Below the pieces are notes generated by a model, which saw nothing but the letters and a program-made list of their open reading frames with translations, did not search any database and had not been told where the DNA came from. Below are positions 1-9,794 of a stretch of DNA of 64,000 nt, one piece after another. Both the position numbers and the translations under genes were made by a program. Within the stretch, counting starts at the first letter, position 1, and each line of letters begins with the position of its first letter. The stretch comes from an uncultured Eubacteriales bacterium. Its GTDB lineage: Bacteria > Bacillota > Clostridia > Christensenellales > CAG-917. The stretch is taken from assembly GCA_900549225.1 (NCBI GenBank), contig URNP01000001.1:16086-80085 (forward strand). Reading direction: 5' to 3'.

Positions 1-30
1 TATAAAAGAAAAAATAAAGAATGACTTACA

Positions 31-196
31 GGCAAATACGCTCCTGTTTGTTTGCAAGGCTCTTCCTTGTTCTTTATCCATTTTACGTCATAAAAGAAGA
101 GCACTAAAATAATGACGTTACGCTGTTTTGCAACTCACGTACGCAAAGTACGTTAGGGTTGCAAAAAATATTGTGTTTTCGCGTTATTCATTTCAA
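31..196 (+). repeat. two copies (one degenerate) of the hairpin repeat downstream of glmM
   Basis: 130..162 GCAACTCACGTACGCAAAGTACGTTAGGGTTGC is the apical hairpin, followed by GTGTTTTCGCGTTATTCATTTC. 31..85 matches the right half of the 9455 copy (TACGCTCCTGT...CTCTTCCTTGTTCTTTATCC). Confidence 0.7.
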
Positions 197-289
197 GTAG
201 TTCATTAAAGAAAAAATCAGAAATAGAAAATAGGAAGAGGTCATAGTCTCTTTTTTCGTCCGTTATTCATTGTTCACGCTACTTGTGCG

Positions 290-1648
290 TCAGTTCCCGT
301 CGGCGAATATTTGTTTTATGCCGTCAAAAAGGGCGTGCGGAGAGGAGGAGAAACACTCGTAGGTTATGCGGATATACGGTTCTGTCCCACTCGGACGTAC
401 GATGAGTCTGCCTGATTTGGCGTAGGTTGCGTTTGCCCTGGCAATCTTTTCCTGAAACGCGTCGCTTGCAAGAGTTTCTTGCGGATTTTCCGCTTTGACA
501 TTGATCTCGAGCATTGGGTAAGGCGTGAATTTGGGCAAACTTCCGACGGTGCGTTTGACTTCGAGAAGACTAAGGGCAGTGATCAGTCCGTCGCCCGTGC
601 TTGCCTTGTCGAGCATTATTATGTGTCCGCTTTTTTCTCCGCCAAGCACGCAACCGTGTGCCGAGAGTGCGTCGAGAACGTTTTTATCGCCTACGTCCGC
701 TCTGACGAGTGCAACGTTTTGATAGGCAAGTTCTCGCTGAAGTTTCGTGTTTGACAGAATCGTGCCTACGATAAAGCGTTTTTTGAGTTTTCCTTGCAAG
801 CGATAGAGTGTGGAGAGAGCAAGAAGCATGGCGTCGCCGTCGTATACTTTTCCGCCGACGACAGCAATCACCCTGTCGCCGTCGCCGTCGAACGCAAAAC
901 CGATTTCGTCTTTGTTTACGCGCTTGGCAAATTCTTCGATATGTGTAGAGCCGCAATCAACGTTGATTTTTTCTCCGTCACGGACGTTGTGTTCTGCGCA
1001 TACGACTGCGCCGAGCGACAAGAAAACGGCAGGCGCAAGCGTGGCAAAGCAACCGTAGGCACAGTCGAGCCTAACCTTGACTCCGTCAAAGCGGGGGAAC
1101 ATACTTTTGACGTGTTTTGCATACAAAAACTCCGCTCCGTCAACTATGCGTATGCGGTGATTTTGTGCAGAAAGCGTTATGTGCAATTCACTCAATTGTT
1201 CGTCTTCGGTGAGCGCGTCGGCGCATACGTCGATAAGAGATACGGGCGGGGAAGCAGGGTTGTCTTTCAATTCACACAGTTTTTTATCGAGCGCAAGTTC
1301 TTCTTCTCGTGAAAGTTTCTTGCCGTTTTTGCCGAAAACTTTGAGTCCGTTGAACTCGGGCGGATTGTGTGACGCGGTGATCATCACGGCGTAATCCGCT
1401 TTTTGCGTTTTTGCGGTGTAGGCGAGCGCAGGGGTGGGCAGAACGCCCGCAAGCCATATTTGCGCAGAGCCTTCGAGCAGTCCTTGACACAGTTGTTTTT
1501 CAATGTCTTTGGAGTGCGTACGAGGGTCGCGCGCAACGATAACTTTTGCGTTTTTTTGCGAAAGCGCCTTTCCCAAAAGGAAAGGAATTCGATTGCTTAA
1601 AAGATAATCGGCAGTCTGTCTTATGCCGTCCGTACCAAAGTGTTGCAT
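290..1648 (-). CDS. glmM: phosphoglucosamine mutase-like alpha-D-phosphohexomutase
   Basis: Track ORF 290..1699 begins at a TTG. Trimmed to ATG 1648, giving MQHFGTDGIRQ. Signatures: FGTDGIR, ITASHNPPEFNGLKVF (phosphoserine loop), FDGDGDRV (Mg site), VRPSGTEPYIRI. 452 aa as in GlmM. GlmM versus PGM/PMM cannot be separated by eye. Confidence 0.8.
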   Translation of the reverse strand: MQHFGTDGIRQTADYLLSNRIPFLLGKALSQKNAKVIVARDPRTHSKDIEKQLCQGLLEGSAQIWLAGVLPTPALAYTAKTQKADYAVMITASHNPPEFNGLKVFGKNGKKLSREEELALDKKLCELKDNPASPPVSLIDVCADALTEDEQLSELHITLSAQNHRIRIVDGAEFLYAKHVKSMFPRFDGVKVRLDCAYGCFATLAPAVFLSLGAVVCAEHNVRDGEKINVDCGSTHIEEFAKRVNKDEIGFAFDGDGDRVIAVVGGKVYDGDAMLLALSTLYRLQGKLKKRFIVGTILSNTKLQRELAYQNVALVRADVGDKNVLDALSAHGCVLGGEKSGHIIMLDKASTGDGLITALSLLEVKRTVGSLPKFTPYPMLEINVKAENPQETLASDAFQEKIARANATYAKSGRLIVRPSGTEPYIRITYECFSSSPHALFDGIKQIFADGN

Positions 1649-1822
1649 AGTATTCAGTATATGAAAAAGACGGCGAAGCGGATAAGAATAAAAAGTCAAA
1701 ATATCGGTTTTTTTGACTAAAAAACGAGATAAAAATTATATTGAATTTTTGGCGATAAACTATGAAAATCGGGCGTTCTTGAAACGCCCGACAGGATTCT
1801 GTTGTAAATAAAATAGGAGAGA

Positions 1823-2722
1823 TTAAGTCAAAGATTTTATGATATCGTCCGCGGCGATTGCGCCGTCCGCACAAGCCGTCACGACTTGTCTGAGGGTCTT
1901 GTCTCTCACGTCGCCGACTGCGTATACGCCGTCGATATTGGTGCGCATAACCTCGTTTGTTTTTATATAACCCGACGGTGTTTTTTTGAGATTTTCAAAC
2001 AAATCGGAGTTTGGAGTATGCCCTATCGCAACGAACACGCCGTCAACCGAAAGAGATGTTAAAACACTGTTTTTGACGTTTTTAAGTGTCAGTTGTGTGA
2101 TTTTGTCTTCTCCGCTCAAACCTTGAACGACGCTGTCCCAGACGATTGAAACCGTGCTTTTTTCAAGTCTGTCGCAAAGTATTTTGTCTGCGCGAAGCGC
2201 GTCGCGCCTATGCACGAGATACACCTTGCTTGCCAACTTTTCGAGGTAGAGCGCGTCTTCTGCCGCCGTATTGCCACCGCCGACGACTGCAACCGTTTTG
2301 CCTTTGAAAAACGCTCCGTCGCAGGTCGCACAATAACTGACGCCTTTGCCGACGAATTTATCCTCGTTTTCTACGCCGAGTTTTCTTGCGCTCGCACCGC
2401 TTGCGATAATCACGGTTTTACCCTCGATTTCTCTTCCGCTCGCAAGAGATATTTTTTTGACTTTTCCGTCTAAAGACAATGCGGCGATTTTGTCAAACAG
2501 GAAATCCGCGCCGAAACTCGTGCATTGATTCATCATAGCGTAGCAGAGATCAAAGCCGCTCGTTGACAATATGCCCGGATAGTTTTGAATATCCGCGGCG
2601 GTCTGCGCTTGTCCGCCTACGCTTTGGCTTTCGATTATAGCGGTTTTCAAGCCGCCTCTTTGCGCGTATATTCCTGCGCTCAACCCTGCAGGACCTGCGC
2701 CGATAACGATTGAATCGTACAT
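1823..2722 (-). CDS. trxB: thioredoxin-disulfide reductase
   Basis: 299 aa. FAD site IGAGPAGLSAG, redox-active CATC in VSYCATCDGAFF, NADPH site VVGGGNTAAEDALYL, YAVGDV. ATG preceded by GAGGTGA. Confidence 0.9.
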   Translation of the reverse strand: MYDSIVIGAGPAGLSAGIYAQRGGLKTAIIESQSVGGQAQTAADIQNYPGILSTSGFDLCYAMMNQCTSFGADFLFDKIAALSLDGKVKKISLASGREIEGKTVIIASGASARKLGVENEDKFVGKGVSYCATCDGAFFKGKTVAVVGGGNTAAEDALYLEKLASKVYLVHRRDALRADKILCDRLEKSTVSIVWDSVVQGLSGEDKITQLTLKNVKNSVLTSLSVDGVFVAIGHTPNSDLFENLKKTPSGYIKTNEVMRTNIDGVYAVGDVRDKTLRQVVTACADGAIAADDIIKSLT

Positions 2723-2838
2723 AATATCACCTCACGGAAAATTATATATGGGGAGTCGGAAATCGTCAATACGTAGTTTGTTTTTCGTGCGATATAGCGG
2801 TTTTTGTTTGCGCGCGTGTACAAACGCGCAAAAATTAC

Positions 2839-2867
2839 TTTACAAATAATCTATTGGCTTATATAAT
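2839..2867 (+). promoter_or_regulatory. sigma-A type promoter for asnS (TTTACA-17-TATAAT)
   Basis: TTTACA at 2839..2844, 17-nt spacer, TATAAT at 2862..2867, about 24 nt upstream of the asnS ATG. The leader is too short for a T-box. Confidence 0.55.
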
Positions 2868-2890
2868 TATTTAACATAATGAGGTAACTT

Positions 2891-4282
2891 ATGCAAAACA
2901 TCGACATTTCTCAAATTTTGAAAAACGGCTCGGCGTACCAAGGACAACACGTGACTGTTGCAGGTTGGGTGCGCACGGCTCGCGATAGCAAAACCATGGC
3001 GTTTTTGGCTCTCAACGACGGCACGTCGCTCAAGCATTTGCAAATCGTCATTGACAAATCCAAATTCGATCAGGATTCTCTTGCAACCGTTATGAAAAAC
3101 GGTGCGTCCGTCGTTGCGCAAGGAATCGTCGTTCCCGCAATAAAAGAGGGCGAGTTTGAACTCAACGCCGACAGCGTCGAACTTTTGGGCGATTGCCCCT
3201 CCGATTATCCGCTTCAAAAGAAGTATCATACGATGGAGTTTTTGCGCACTATCCCGCATTTGCGTCCCCGTACCAATACGATGAACGCTATGCTTCGCGT
3301 GCGCTCCAAACTCAGTTTTGCAATCCATCGTTTCTTCCAAGAGAACGGTTATACTTACGTTCATACGCCCATTATCACGGGCAGCGACTGCGAGGGCGCA
3401 GGTGAAATTTTCAGAGTTACCACTCAAAACTATCAAGACGCAAAACTCGCAAAGGACGAGGCGGAATATATCGCAAACGACTTCTTCCGCCGCAAAGCGG
3501 GTCTCACCGTAAGCGGACAACTCGAAGGCGAAGTTGCGGCAATGGCTATGGGCAAGATTTATACGTTCGGCCCGACGTTCAGAGCGGAAAACAGCAACAC
3601 TCCTCGCCACGCGGCAGAATTCTGGCAGTGCGAACCCGAAGTTGCTTTTGCAAAACTTCCCGATATTATCGAAATCGCAACCAAGATGATAAAATATATC
3701 ATCAAAGCCGTGCTCGACGAGTGCCCCGACGAGATTGCGTTCTTTGAAAAGGCGTTCGAGCCCGGCCTTAAAGACAAACTTCAACACGTCGTGGACAGCG
3801 ATTTCGTGGTGCTCGATTACTCAAAGGCTATCGATATCCTCAAAGAAAGCAAAGTGGAATTTGCGTATCCCGTGGAATGGGGTCTCGATCTTCAAAGCGA
3901 ACACGAGAGATATATCACCGAAAAGGTGTTCAACAAACCCGTTTTCGTCATCAACTATCCCAAAAAGATAAAATCATTCTATATGAAACAAAACGACGAC
4001 GGTCTTACCGTTGCCGCAACGGACTTGCTCGTTCCCGGCGTCGGCGAAATCATCGGCTGCAGCGAGAGAGAGGAAAACTACGACAAACTCAAACAGGCTA
4101 TGGTCGAAAGAGGTATGAACCTTGACGACTACACGGGCTATATGGATTTGAGAAAGTACGGCAGCGTGCCTCACAGCGGATTCGGTTTGGGCCTCGAACG
4201 TATCCTTATGTACGTCACAGGCATCGGCAATATTCGCGACGTGCAACTCTATTCGAGAACGGCCGGAGATTTGATGGCGTGA
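2891..4282 (+). CDS. asnS: asparagine--tRNA ligase
   Basis: 463 aa class IIb aaRS. N-terminal OB fold (VTVAGWVRTARDSKTMAFLALNDG), motif 2 FGPTFRAENSNTPRHAAEFW, motif 3 GFGLGLERILMYVTG. Short form without the AspRS GAD insertion. Confidence 0.9.
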   Translation: MQNIDISQILKNGSAYQGQHVTVAGWVRTARDSKTMAFLALNDGTSLKHLQIVIDKSKFDQDSLATVMKNGASVVAQGIVVPAIKEGEFELNADSVELLGDCPSDYPLQKKYHTMEFLRTIPHLRPRTNTMNAMLRVRSKLSFAIHRFFQENGYTYVHTPIITGSDCEGAGEIFRVTTQNYQDAKLAKDEAEYIANDFFRRKAGLTVSGQLEGEVAAMAMGKIYTFGPTFRAENSNTPRHAAEFWQCEPEVAFAKLPDIIEIATKMIKYIIKAVLDECPDEIAFFEKAFEPGLKDKLQHVVDSDFVVLDYSKAIDILKESKVEFAYPVEWGLDLQSEHERYITEKVFNKPVFVINYPKKIKSFYMKQNDDGLTVAATDLLVPGVGEIIGCSEREENYDKLKQAMVERGMNLDDYTGYMDLRKYGSVPHSGFGLGLERILMYVTGIGNIRDVQLYSRTAGDLMA

Positions 4283-4405
4283 CGCAAAAATCGTCGCCGA
4301 GACAACGGCTATACGCAAGTTTGCGTAACGCCGAGAGCAAAGATAAACGCTTGCGATAAGAGGGAAAAAGTCTTTTGTCACGAGGCAAAAGAGAGGAGAA
4401 GGGCA

Positions 4406-5416
4406 ATGTATAATCTTGTGATTCCAAGCGATTATCAATCAAAAATGACTATCCGCGAAACCGAAAAGGCAATCAAGTTTGTAAAAGATTCCTTTCAGCG
4501 CAATCTGATCAAAAATTTCGGGTTTGAGAGAGTGTCCGCACCGCTTTTCGTGAAGAGCAATACGGGCGTGAACGACGACCTCAACGGAGTTGAACGCGCG
4601 GTGCGATTCGATATAAAAGAACAAGGCAATCTCGAAGCGGAAATCGTGCACTCCCTTGCAAAATGGAAGCGTATCGCGCTCAAAAGATACGGTTTCAGAA
4701 GCGGAGAGGGGATATACACGGATATGAACGCTATCCGTCGCGACGATAAGTGCGACAATCAACACTCGATCTACGTCGATCAGTGGGATTGGGAAATGGT
4801 GATAAGCAAGCAACAACGCAATCTCGATTTCCTCAAAATGATAGTGCAAAGGATTGTCGGCGCAATCTGCGATACGCTCGACGAAACGAAAAAGGCGTTT
4901 CCGTGTATCGACCTCAATCTCAAGCGCGAAGTGACTTTCGTCACGACGCAAGAGGCTCTCGACAGGTATCCCGACCTCGATTCGCACGCAAGAGAAAGCG
5001 CACTTGCAAAAGAGTACGGAACGGTGTTTCTTACAAAAATCGGCGGAGCGCTCTCAAACGGAAAACCGCACGACGGACGCGCACCCGATTACGACGATTG
5101 GAACCTCAACGGAGATATTATCTTCTACGACGAGGTGCTGGGGGAGAGCATAGAAATTTCGTCGATGGGCATACGAGTGGACGCAAAGAGTTTGCAAGAG
5201 CAACTCGAAATTGCGGGCGCGAAGGATAGAATGCGCAATCGATACCACAAGGACGTGGCGGAAGGCAATCTTCCTCTCACCGTGGGCGGCGGCATCGGGC
5301 AATCGAGACTTTGTATGCTAATTCTTCAAAAGGCGCATATCGGAGAGGTGCAATCGAGCATCTGGCCCGACGATATGCACGAGCAATGTGAAAAAGCAGG
5401 TATCAACCTGTTGTGA
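4406..5416 (+). CDS. asnA: aspartate--ammonia ligase (AsnA-type asparagine synthetase)
   Basis: 336 aa. Signatures VHSLAKWKR, HSIYVDQWDWE, LTVGGGIGQSRLCMLIL. SD GAGGAGAAGGG upstream of the ATG. Confidence 0.85.
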   Translation: MYNLVIPSDYQSKMTIRETEKAIKFVKDSFQRNLIKNFGFERVSAPLFVKSNTGVNDDLNGVERAVRFDIKEQGNLEAEIVHSLAKWKRIALKRYGFRSGEGIYTDMNAIRRDDKCDNQHSIYVDQWDWEMVISKQQRNLDFLKMIVQRIVGAICDTLDETKKAFPCIDLNLKREVTFVTTQEALDRYPDLDSHARESALAKEYGTVFLTKIGGALSNGKPHDGRAPDYDDWNLNGDIIFYDEVLGESIEISSMGIRVDAKSLQEQLEIAGAKDRMRNRYHKDVAEGNLPLTVGGGIGQSRLCMLILQKAHIGEVQSSIWPDDMHEQCEKAGINLL

Positions 5417-5446
5417 TAAACAAAATCTAAACTTTATAAGGTGTAT

Positions 5447-7201
5447 ATGGAACTCAGAACACACAATTGTGGCGAATTGCGTCAATCAGACGAAGGCAAA
5501 CACGTCAAACTCTGCGGCTGGCTTTCGAGCGTCCGCGATCTTGGCGCAGTCATCTTTTTCGTGTTGCGCGACTACTACGGCTACACACAGGCAGTCGTAA
5601 GCGACGAAGCGAAAAAAGAGCAAATCCGTGCGATACCGCGCGAAAGCACGATAAGCGTTGAAGGCAAAGTCGTTCTGCGAAGCGCTCCAAACAAGGATAT
5701 GCCCACCGGTATGATTGAAATCGAACCCGATACCATCGAGGTTTTGGGCAGATGCTACGAGCAACTTCCGTTTGAAATCGCAACTAGCACGCAATCAAGA
5801 GAAGACGTCCGTCTTAAATATCGCTTCCTCGATTTGAGAAACCCCGACGTCAAAGCGAAGATAATCTTCCGTTCAAAAGTTGTGAGTTGGCTTCGCAACA
5901 AGATGACTTCTCTCGGATTCTTGGAAATCGCAACCCCGATTCTCACTTCGTCTTCCCCCGAGGGCGCAAGAGATTATATCGTGCCGTCAAGACTTTATCC
6001 CGGTCACTTCTATGCGCTTCCGCAAGCGCCTCAACAATACAAACAGTTGCTTATGGCTTCGGGCTTTGACAAATACTTCCAAATCGCGCCTTGTTTCAGA
6101 GACGAGGACGCTCGCGCGGACAGAAGCCCCGGTGAGTTCTATCAGTTGGACACCGAAATGTGCTTTGCGACGCAAGAAGACGTATTCGCAGTTATGGAAG
6201 AAGTTTTGAGCGGTGTGTTCAAAGAGTTTTCTCCCGAAGGATACAAGGTTGACCAAGGCCCGTTCCGTCGCATCACCTATCGCGACGCTATGAGAGATTA
6301 CGGCTCGGACAAACCCGACCTTCGTAACCCGCTCATCATCAAAGACGTGACGGATATCCTTTGCGAAAAAGCACCGTTCTTCGAGAAGGGTAAGACGATA
6401 AAGGCAATCGCAGTCCACGACTTCAAGGAAACAAGAAAATGGATTGACGCGCTCGTCGAAAAATCCAAGCAGAACGGCGCAAGCAATATGTTCTGGTTCA
6501 AACTTGACGAAAAGGGCGAACTCGCAGGCGGAATTTCAAAATTCCTCACCGAGAGCAAGGACGCACTCGTCGAGCGTCTTGATTTGAAAGCAGGCTCGTT
6601 CGTCGCCGTTCTTGCAGAAGAGAAGGGCGTTGAAAAACAAGCGGGTTACGTTCGCACGGAACTTGGCAACGGACTCGACCTCATCGAGAAAAACGCGTTC
6701 CGTTTCTGCTGGATCGTCGACTTCCCGATGTACGAATACGATGACGACGGAGTGCTCGGCTTCTGCCACAATCCGTTCTCTATGCCTCAAGGCGGCCTCG
6801 ACGCACTCAACAATCAAGATCCGCTCGATATCGTGGCGTATCAGTACGACAGCGTCGTCAACGGCGTGGAATTGAGTTCGGGCGCAGTGAGAAACCACGA
6901 ACCTGCAATTATGGAAAGAGCGTTTGAAATCGTCGGCTACGGCAAAGACGTCATCGAAGAGAAGTTCTCCGCGCTCTACAACGCATTCAAGTTCGGCGCA
7001 CCGCCGCACGCAGGTATCGCACCCGGCGTCGACCGTATCGTTATGCTTCTTGCAAACGAGCCGAGCATCAGAGAAATCATCACCTTCCCGATGGACAGAA
7101 ACGCTCGCGACGTTCTTATGGGCGCACCGAGCACCGTCACCGAGAAGCAACTCAAAGAAGTGCATATCAAAATCGATATGCCAAAAGAAGAAAACAAATA
7201 A
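5447..7201 (+). CDS. aspS: aspartate--tRNA ligase (bacterial type)
   Basis: Track start 5441 is GTG. ATG 5447 gives MELRTHNCGELR, the usual AspRS N-terminus. OB fold, motif 2 FRDEDARADRSPGEFYQLD, large GAD-type insertion, motif 3 GIAPGVDRIVMLL. 584 aa. Confidence 0.9.
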   Translation: MELRTHNCGELRQSDEGKHVKLCGWLSSVRDLGAVIFFVLRDYYGYTQAVVSDEAKKEQIRAIPRESTISVEGKVVLRSAPNKDMPTGMIEIEPDTIEVLGRCYEQLPFEIATSTQSREDVRLKYRFLDLRNPDVKAKIIFRSKVVSWLRNKMTSLGFLEIATPILTSSSPEGARDYIVPSRLYPGHFYALPQAPQQYKQLLMASGFDKYFQIAPCFRDEDARADRSPGEFYQLDTEMCFATQEDVFAVMEEVLSGVFKEFSPEGYKVDQGPFRRITYRDAMRDYGSDKPDLRNPLIIKDVTDILCEKAPFFEKGKTIKAIAVHDFKETRKWIDALVEKSKQNGASNMFWFKLDEKGELAGGISKFLTESKDALVERLDLKAGSFVAVLAEEKGVEKQAGYVRTELGNGLDLIEKNAFRFCWIVDFPMYEYDDDGVLGFCHNPFSMPQGGLDALNNQDPLDIVAYQYDSVVNGVELSSGAVRNHEPAIMERAFEIVGYGKDVIEEKFSALYNAFKFGAPPHAGIAPGVDRIVMLLANEPSIREIITFPMDRNARDVLMGAPSTVTEKQLKEVHIKIDMPKEENK

Positions 7202-7239
7202 GTATATCAAAAGGGATTTATATCCCCAGGAGAAATATA

Positions 7240-8655
7240 ATGAAAAAGAAACTTATCAGCGTATTTGCGGCGGCTCTCGTGCTCGTGCTTTGCATCGCGG
7301 CACTCGTTGCGTGCAATCCGTACAAGGCAGACTCCATCGGTAGCGGCGAATCGAACGCAGCGGTGGAATCAAACGGCGGCTACGTCGTCAAACAAGGTAG
7401 ATTTATCTATTTCATCAACGGCTACGTTGGTGAAAGTGCAGACAACGCTTGGGGCAAAGCCACCAAACAGGGTATCGTCCGCGCAGAATACAAAAACGGC
7501 CAAGTCGATCCTTCAACGGCCAAACTCGTCGTTCCCAAGAGTGTGTACAACTCCTCCACCGCAGGCGGTATCGCAGTGCATGGCGATTGGATTTATTACA
7601 CCTCCGTCAATACCGATAAAGATAAGAGCGGAACGGCGTCAACCGTCAACACCGACTTTATGCGCACCAAAACCGACGGTTCTGTGACGCAACTTATCGG
7701 CACTATCGGCACGCGTTCGGCAAAGTATATGTTCACCGAGAGCAGAGTGCTCTACTTCGTAAACAACACTATCGGTTATATCGACTTCTCCGGCATGAAC
7801 GACAAGACCACCGATAAGGGCAAGGGTGCGGTTAAAGGCACGCTCGTCGAAAACGTCGAAAACGTCGTTTGGGATTATGCAACCGACACGATTTTCTTCG
7901 TTGAAAGCGCACCGAGCGAGTATAGTTACAAAAACTACAATAACCTCTGCTCCATCAAAGCGGACGGCAGCGACAAAAAGACGCTCGCAACCATCGACAC
8001 GTTCGTTTCGGAAGGAAAAGATCCCGTCAACGACCAACTCAACGTCTTTAAGTACAGCCTCGTGAATATGTACGTCGAAGAGGACGGCGATTGCACGCTT
8101 TATTACACGAAATCGCACACGCTCAACAGCGAAAGTATCACCGACGGTTTGTTTATGGCAAAGGCAAGCAACTTTAAGGGAACTCAAAAACTCCTCAACA
8201 AGATCGCTTCTACGACTCTCGTTCCGCTCGGATACGGAAAAGAAGACGCACTTGCTGGCGCACTTGCTTACAACTCCCAAAGCGTTTACTGCTGGTATAA
8301 CGGCAAAGAAGGCAATGCGGAAAATCCTTTGCAAGTGACTTCTTCTTCTCAAACGATTTGGAAAGTCGATCAAACCAACGGCATCGTTTATTTCACGTCG
8401 ACTTCTTCCGCAACGAGCATTTCCAAGATCTCTTATAGAGAAGCGAAGGACAACGCAACCGTAATTATGGCTGAAGGCATCAAGACCGATTGGCTCGTGC
8501 TCGATTTCGTCGGCAACGATTTCTTCTTCTTTGCAACCGACGACGAAAACTATCTGCACACCATCAATCTCGACACGTTCGACAAGAACGCAGAAGACGC
8601 AAAGAGTACCTATATCGGTTGTCCGACAGATAGATTGAAAGAAAAAGAAGCATAA
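7240..8655 (+). CDS. hypothetical lipoprotein, probable beta-propeller (DUF5050-like, from memory)
   Basis: 471 aa. Signal peptide with lipobox LVAC. Recurring blade-like motifs GRFIYFINGY, GDWIYYTS, RVLYFVNN, GIVYFTSTS. SD GGAGA. Confidence 0.6.
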   Translation: MKKKLISVFAAALVLVLCIAALVACNPYKADSIGSGESNAAVESNGGYVVKQGRFIYFINGYVGESADNAWGKATKQGIVRAEYKNGQVDPSTAKLVVPKSVYNSSTAGGIAVHGDWIYYTSVNTDKDKSGTASTVNTDFMRTKTDGSVTQLIGTIGTRSAKYMFTESRVLYFVNNTIGYIDFSGMNDKTTDKGKGAVKGTLVENVENVVWDYATDTIFFVESAPSEYSYKNYNNLCSIKADGSDKKTLATIDTFVSEGKDPVNDQLNVFKYSLVNMYVEEDGDCTLYYTKSHTLNSESITDGLFMAKASNFKGTQKLLNKIASTTLVPLGYGKEDALAGALAYNSQSVYCWYNGKEGNAENPLQVTSSSQTIWKVDQTNGIVYFTSTSSATSISKISYREAKDNATVIMAEGIKTDWLVLDFVGNDFFFFATDDENYLHTINLDTFDKNAEDAKSTYIGCPTDRLKEKEA

Positions 8656-8742
8656 ACAACAATCAAAACTTTTCTCGCACTCTCATAGTGTGGCGAAAAA
8701 CATAAAAACGGGCGCATTGCGCCCGTAAAATATTATAGTCAA

Positions 8743-9492
8743 ATGACCAAAACTATTTTTATTACGGGCGGTAGCCGAGGCATCGGCGAGGCGGTCGTAA
8801 GGTTGGCGGCAGGCAAGTATAACGTCGCGTTCACTTACAATTCGTCAAAAGAGAAGGCTCTTTCTTTGCAGGAAGAGTTGGATTCTCGTTTTGGCGGCGT
8901 ATTCGCAATCGAGTGCGACGTCACAGACCCGCGTAGCGTTCTTAGCGCAGTCGAAACTGCAAAAAAGAGATTCGGAAAGATAGATATTTTGGTCAATAAC
9001 GCAGGCATCGCAAAAAGCAAACTTCTCATCGACACCTCGCTTGACGAATTCAAACGCATCTTCGATGTTAACGTCAACGGAACGTTCAACGTTACAAAAG
9101 CCGTGCTTCCCGATATGCTGTCGAGAGGACAAGGCTCAATCGTCAACGTGTCGTCCGTCTGGGGCGAAAAGGGCGCAAGTATGGAGGTTGCATATTCCTC
9201 TTCAAAGGCTGCAATCATCGGCTTCACCAAAGCGCTTGCCAAAGAAGTTGCTCCTATGGGCGTTCTCGTCAACGCCGTTGCACCAGGCGCAGTAGACACC
9301 GATATGATGTCCGTCTACACTCCATCCGAGAAAGAAGACCTCTGTTCCACATCCATACCTCTCGGCAGGCTCGCCACTCCCGAGGAGATCGCTCACGGCA
9401 TACTTTATCTTGCGGAGAGCGGGTATTGTGTGGGGGCTATTCTTTCTATCACCGCCAAACAGCGACTAACATTGTCAGAGTCCGTCTCATAA
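8743..9492 (+). CDS. SDR-family oxidoreductase (FabG-like)
   Basis: 249 aa. TGGSRGIGEA cofactor site, NNAG, catalytic Ser plus YSSSKAA. The last 12 codons and the stop lie inside the repeat element 9455..9559. Confidence 0.8.
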   Translation: MTKTIFITGGSRGIGEAVVRLAAGKYNVAFTYNSSKEKALSLQEELDSRFGGVFAIECDVTDPRSVLSAVETAKKRFGKIDILVNNAGIAKSKLLIDTSLDEFKRIFDVNVNGTFNVTKAVLPDMLSRGQGSIVNVSSVWGEKGASMEVAYSSSKAAIIGFTKALAKEVAPMGVLVNAVAPGAVDTDMMSVYTPSEKEDLCSTSIPLGRLATPEEIAHGILYLAESGYCVGAILSITAKQRLTLSESVS

Positions 9493-9559
9493 ACAGTCAC
9501 GTACGACAAGTACGCTCCTGTCTATAAGACGGGCTCTTTCTCGTTATTCATCTGTTTGG
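9455..9559 (+). repeat. rod-like hairpin repeat element, full copy (terminal inverted repeats CCAAACAG/CTGTTTGG)
   Basis: CCAAACAGCGACTAAC at the left end and TTATTCATCTGTTTGG at the right end. Long imperfect stem CCGTCT.ATA.ACAG..ACGTAC / GTACG..CTGT.TAT.AGACGG centred on loop GACAA. Confidence 0.8.
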
Positions 9560-9620
9560 TGCGCTCAAAGGGCAAGATTGGAAACGCATCGATTTAGTGC
9601 GTTTTAGTATTTTGAGGTTG

Positions 9621-9680
9621 CCAAACAGCGAACTTTGTCAGAGCCAACCCGAATTTATTAATTATTCATTTTGTTATTCC
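9621..9680 (+). repeat. truncated copy of the hairpin repeat (left end plus AT-rich tail)
   Basis: CCAAACAGCGAACTTTGTCAGAGCC matches the left end of the 9455 copy. It is followed by AACCCGAATTTATTAATTATTCATTTTG, which resembles modules at 14707 and 53311. Confidence 0.6.
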
Positions 9681-9794
9681 AATAAAACGGCTTTCTTATA
9701 TGTATATAATATAACAGAATAACGCGCGCGTATTGCGGAAAGACTTTTTTCGTGATACAATAAATAGTGCAAAAAAAATCGCAAAAGAGGGGTT

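Noticed and set aside
2723-2890. Looked for T-box or other riboswitch leaders upstream of asnS, asnA and aspS, and for a purine riboswitch upstream of guaA
   Set aside because: The leaders are only tens of nucleotides long, with no specifier or T-box sequence. The guaA upstream region (16458..16734) has no purine-riboswitch core. It does contain CGAA-containing PurBox-like sequences, but these are too weak to call.
8709-8742. Leaderless geometry for the SDR gene (TATTAT 6 nt before ATG 8743)
   Set aside because: There is no acceptable -35 or TG extension. The would-be -35 position falls inside the upstream hairpin ACGGGCGC/GCGCCCGT. This is too weak to group with the five better cases.
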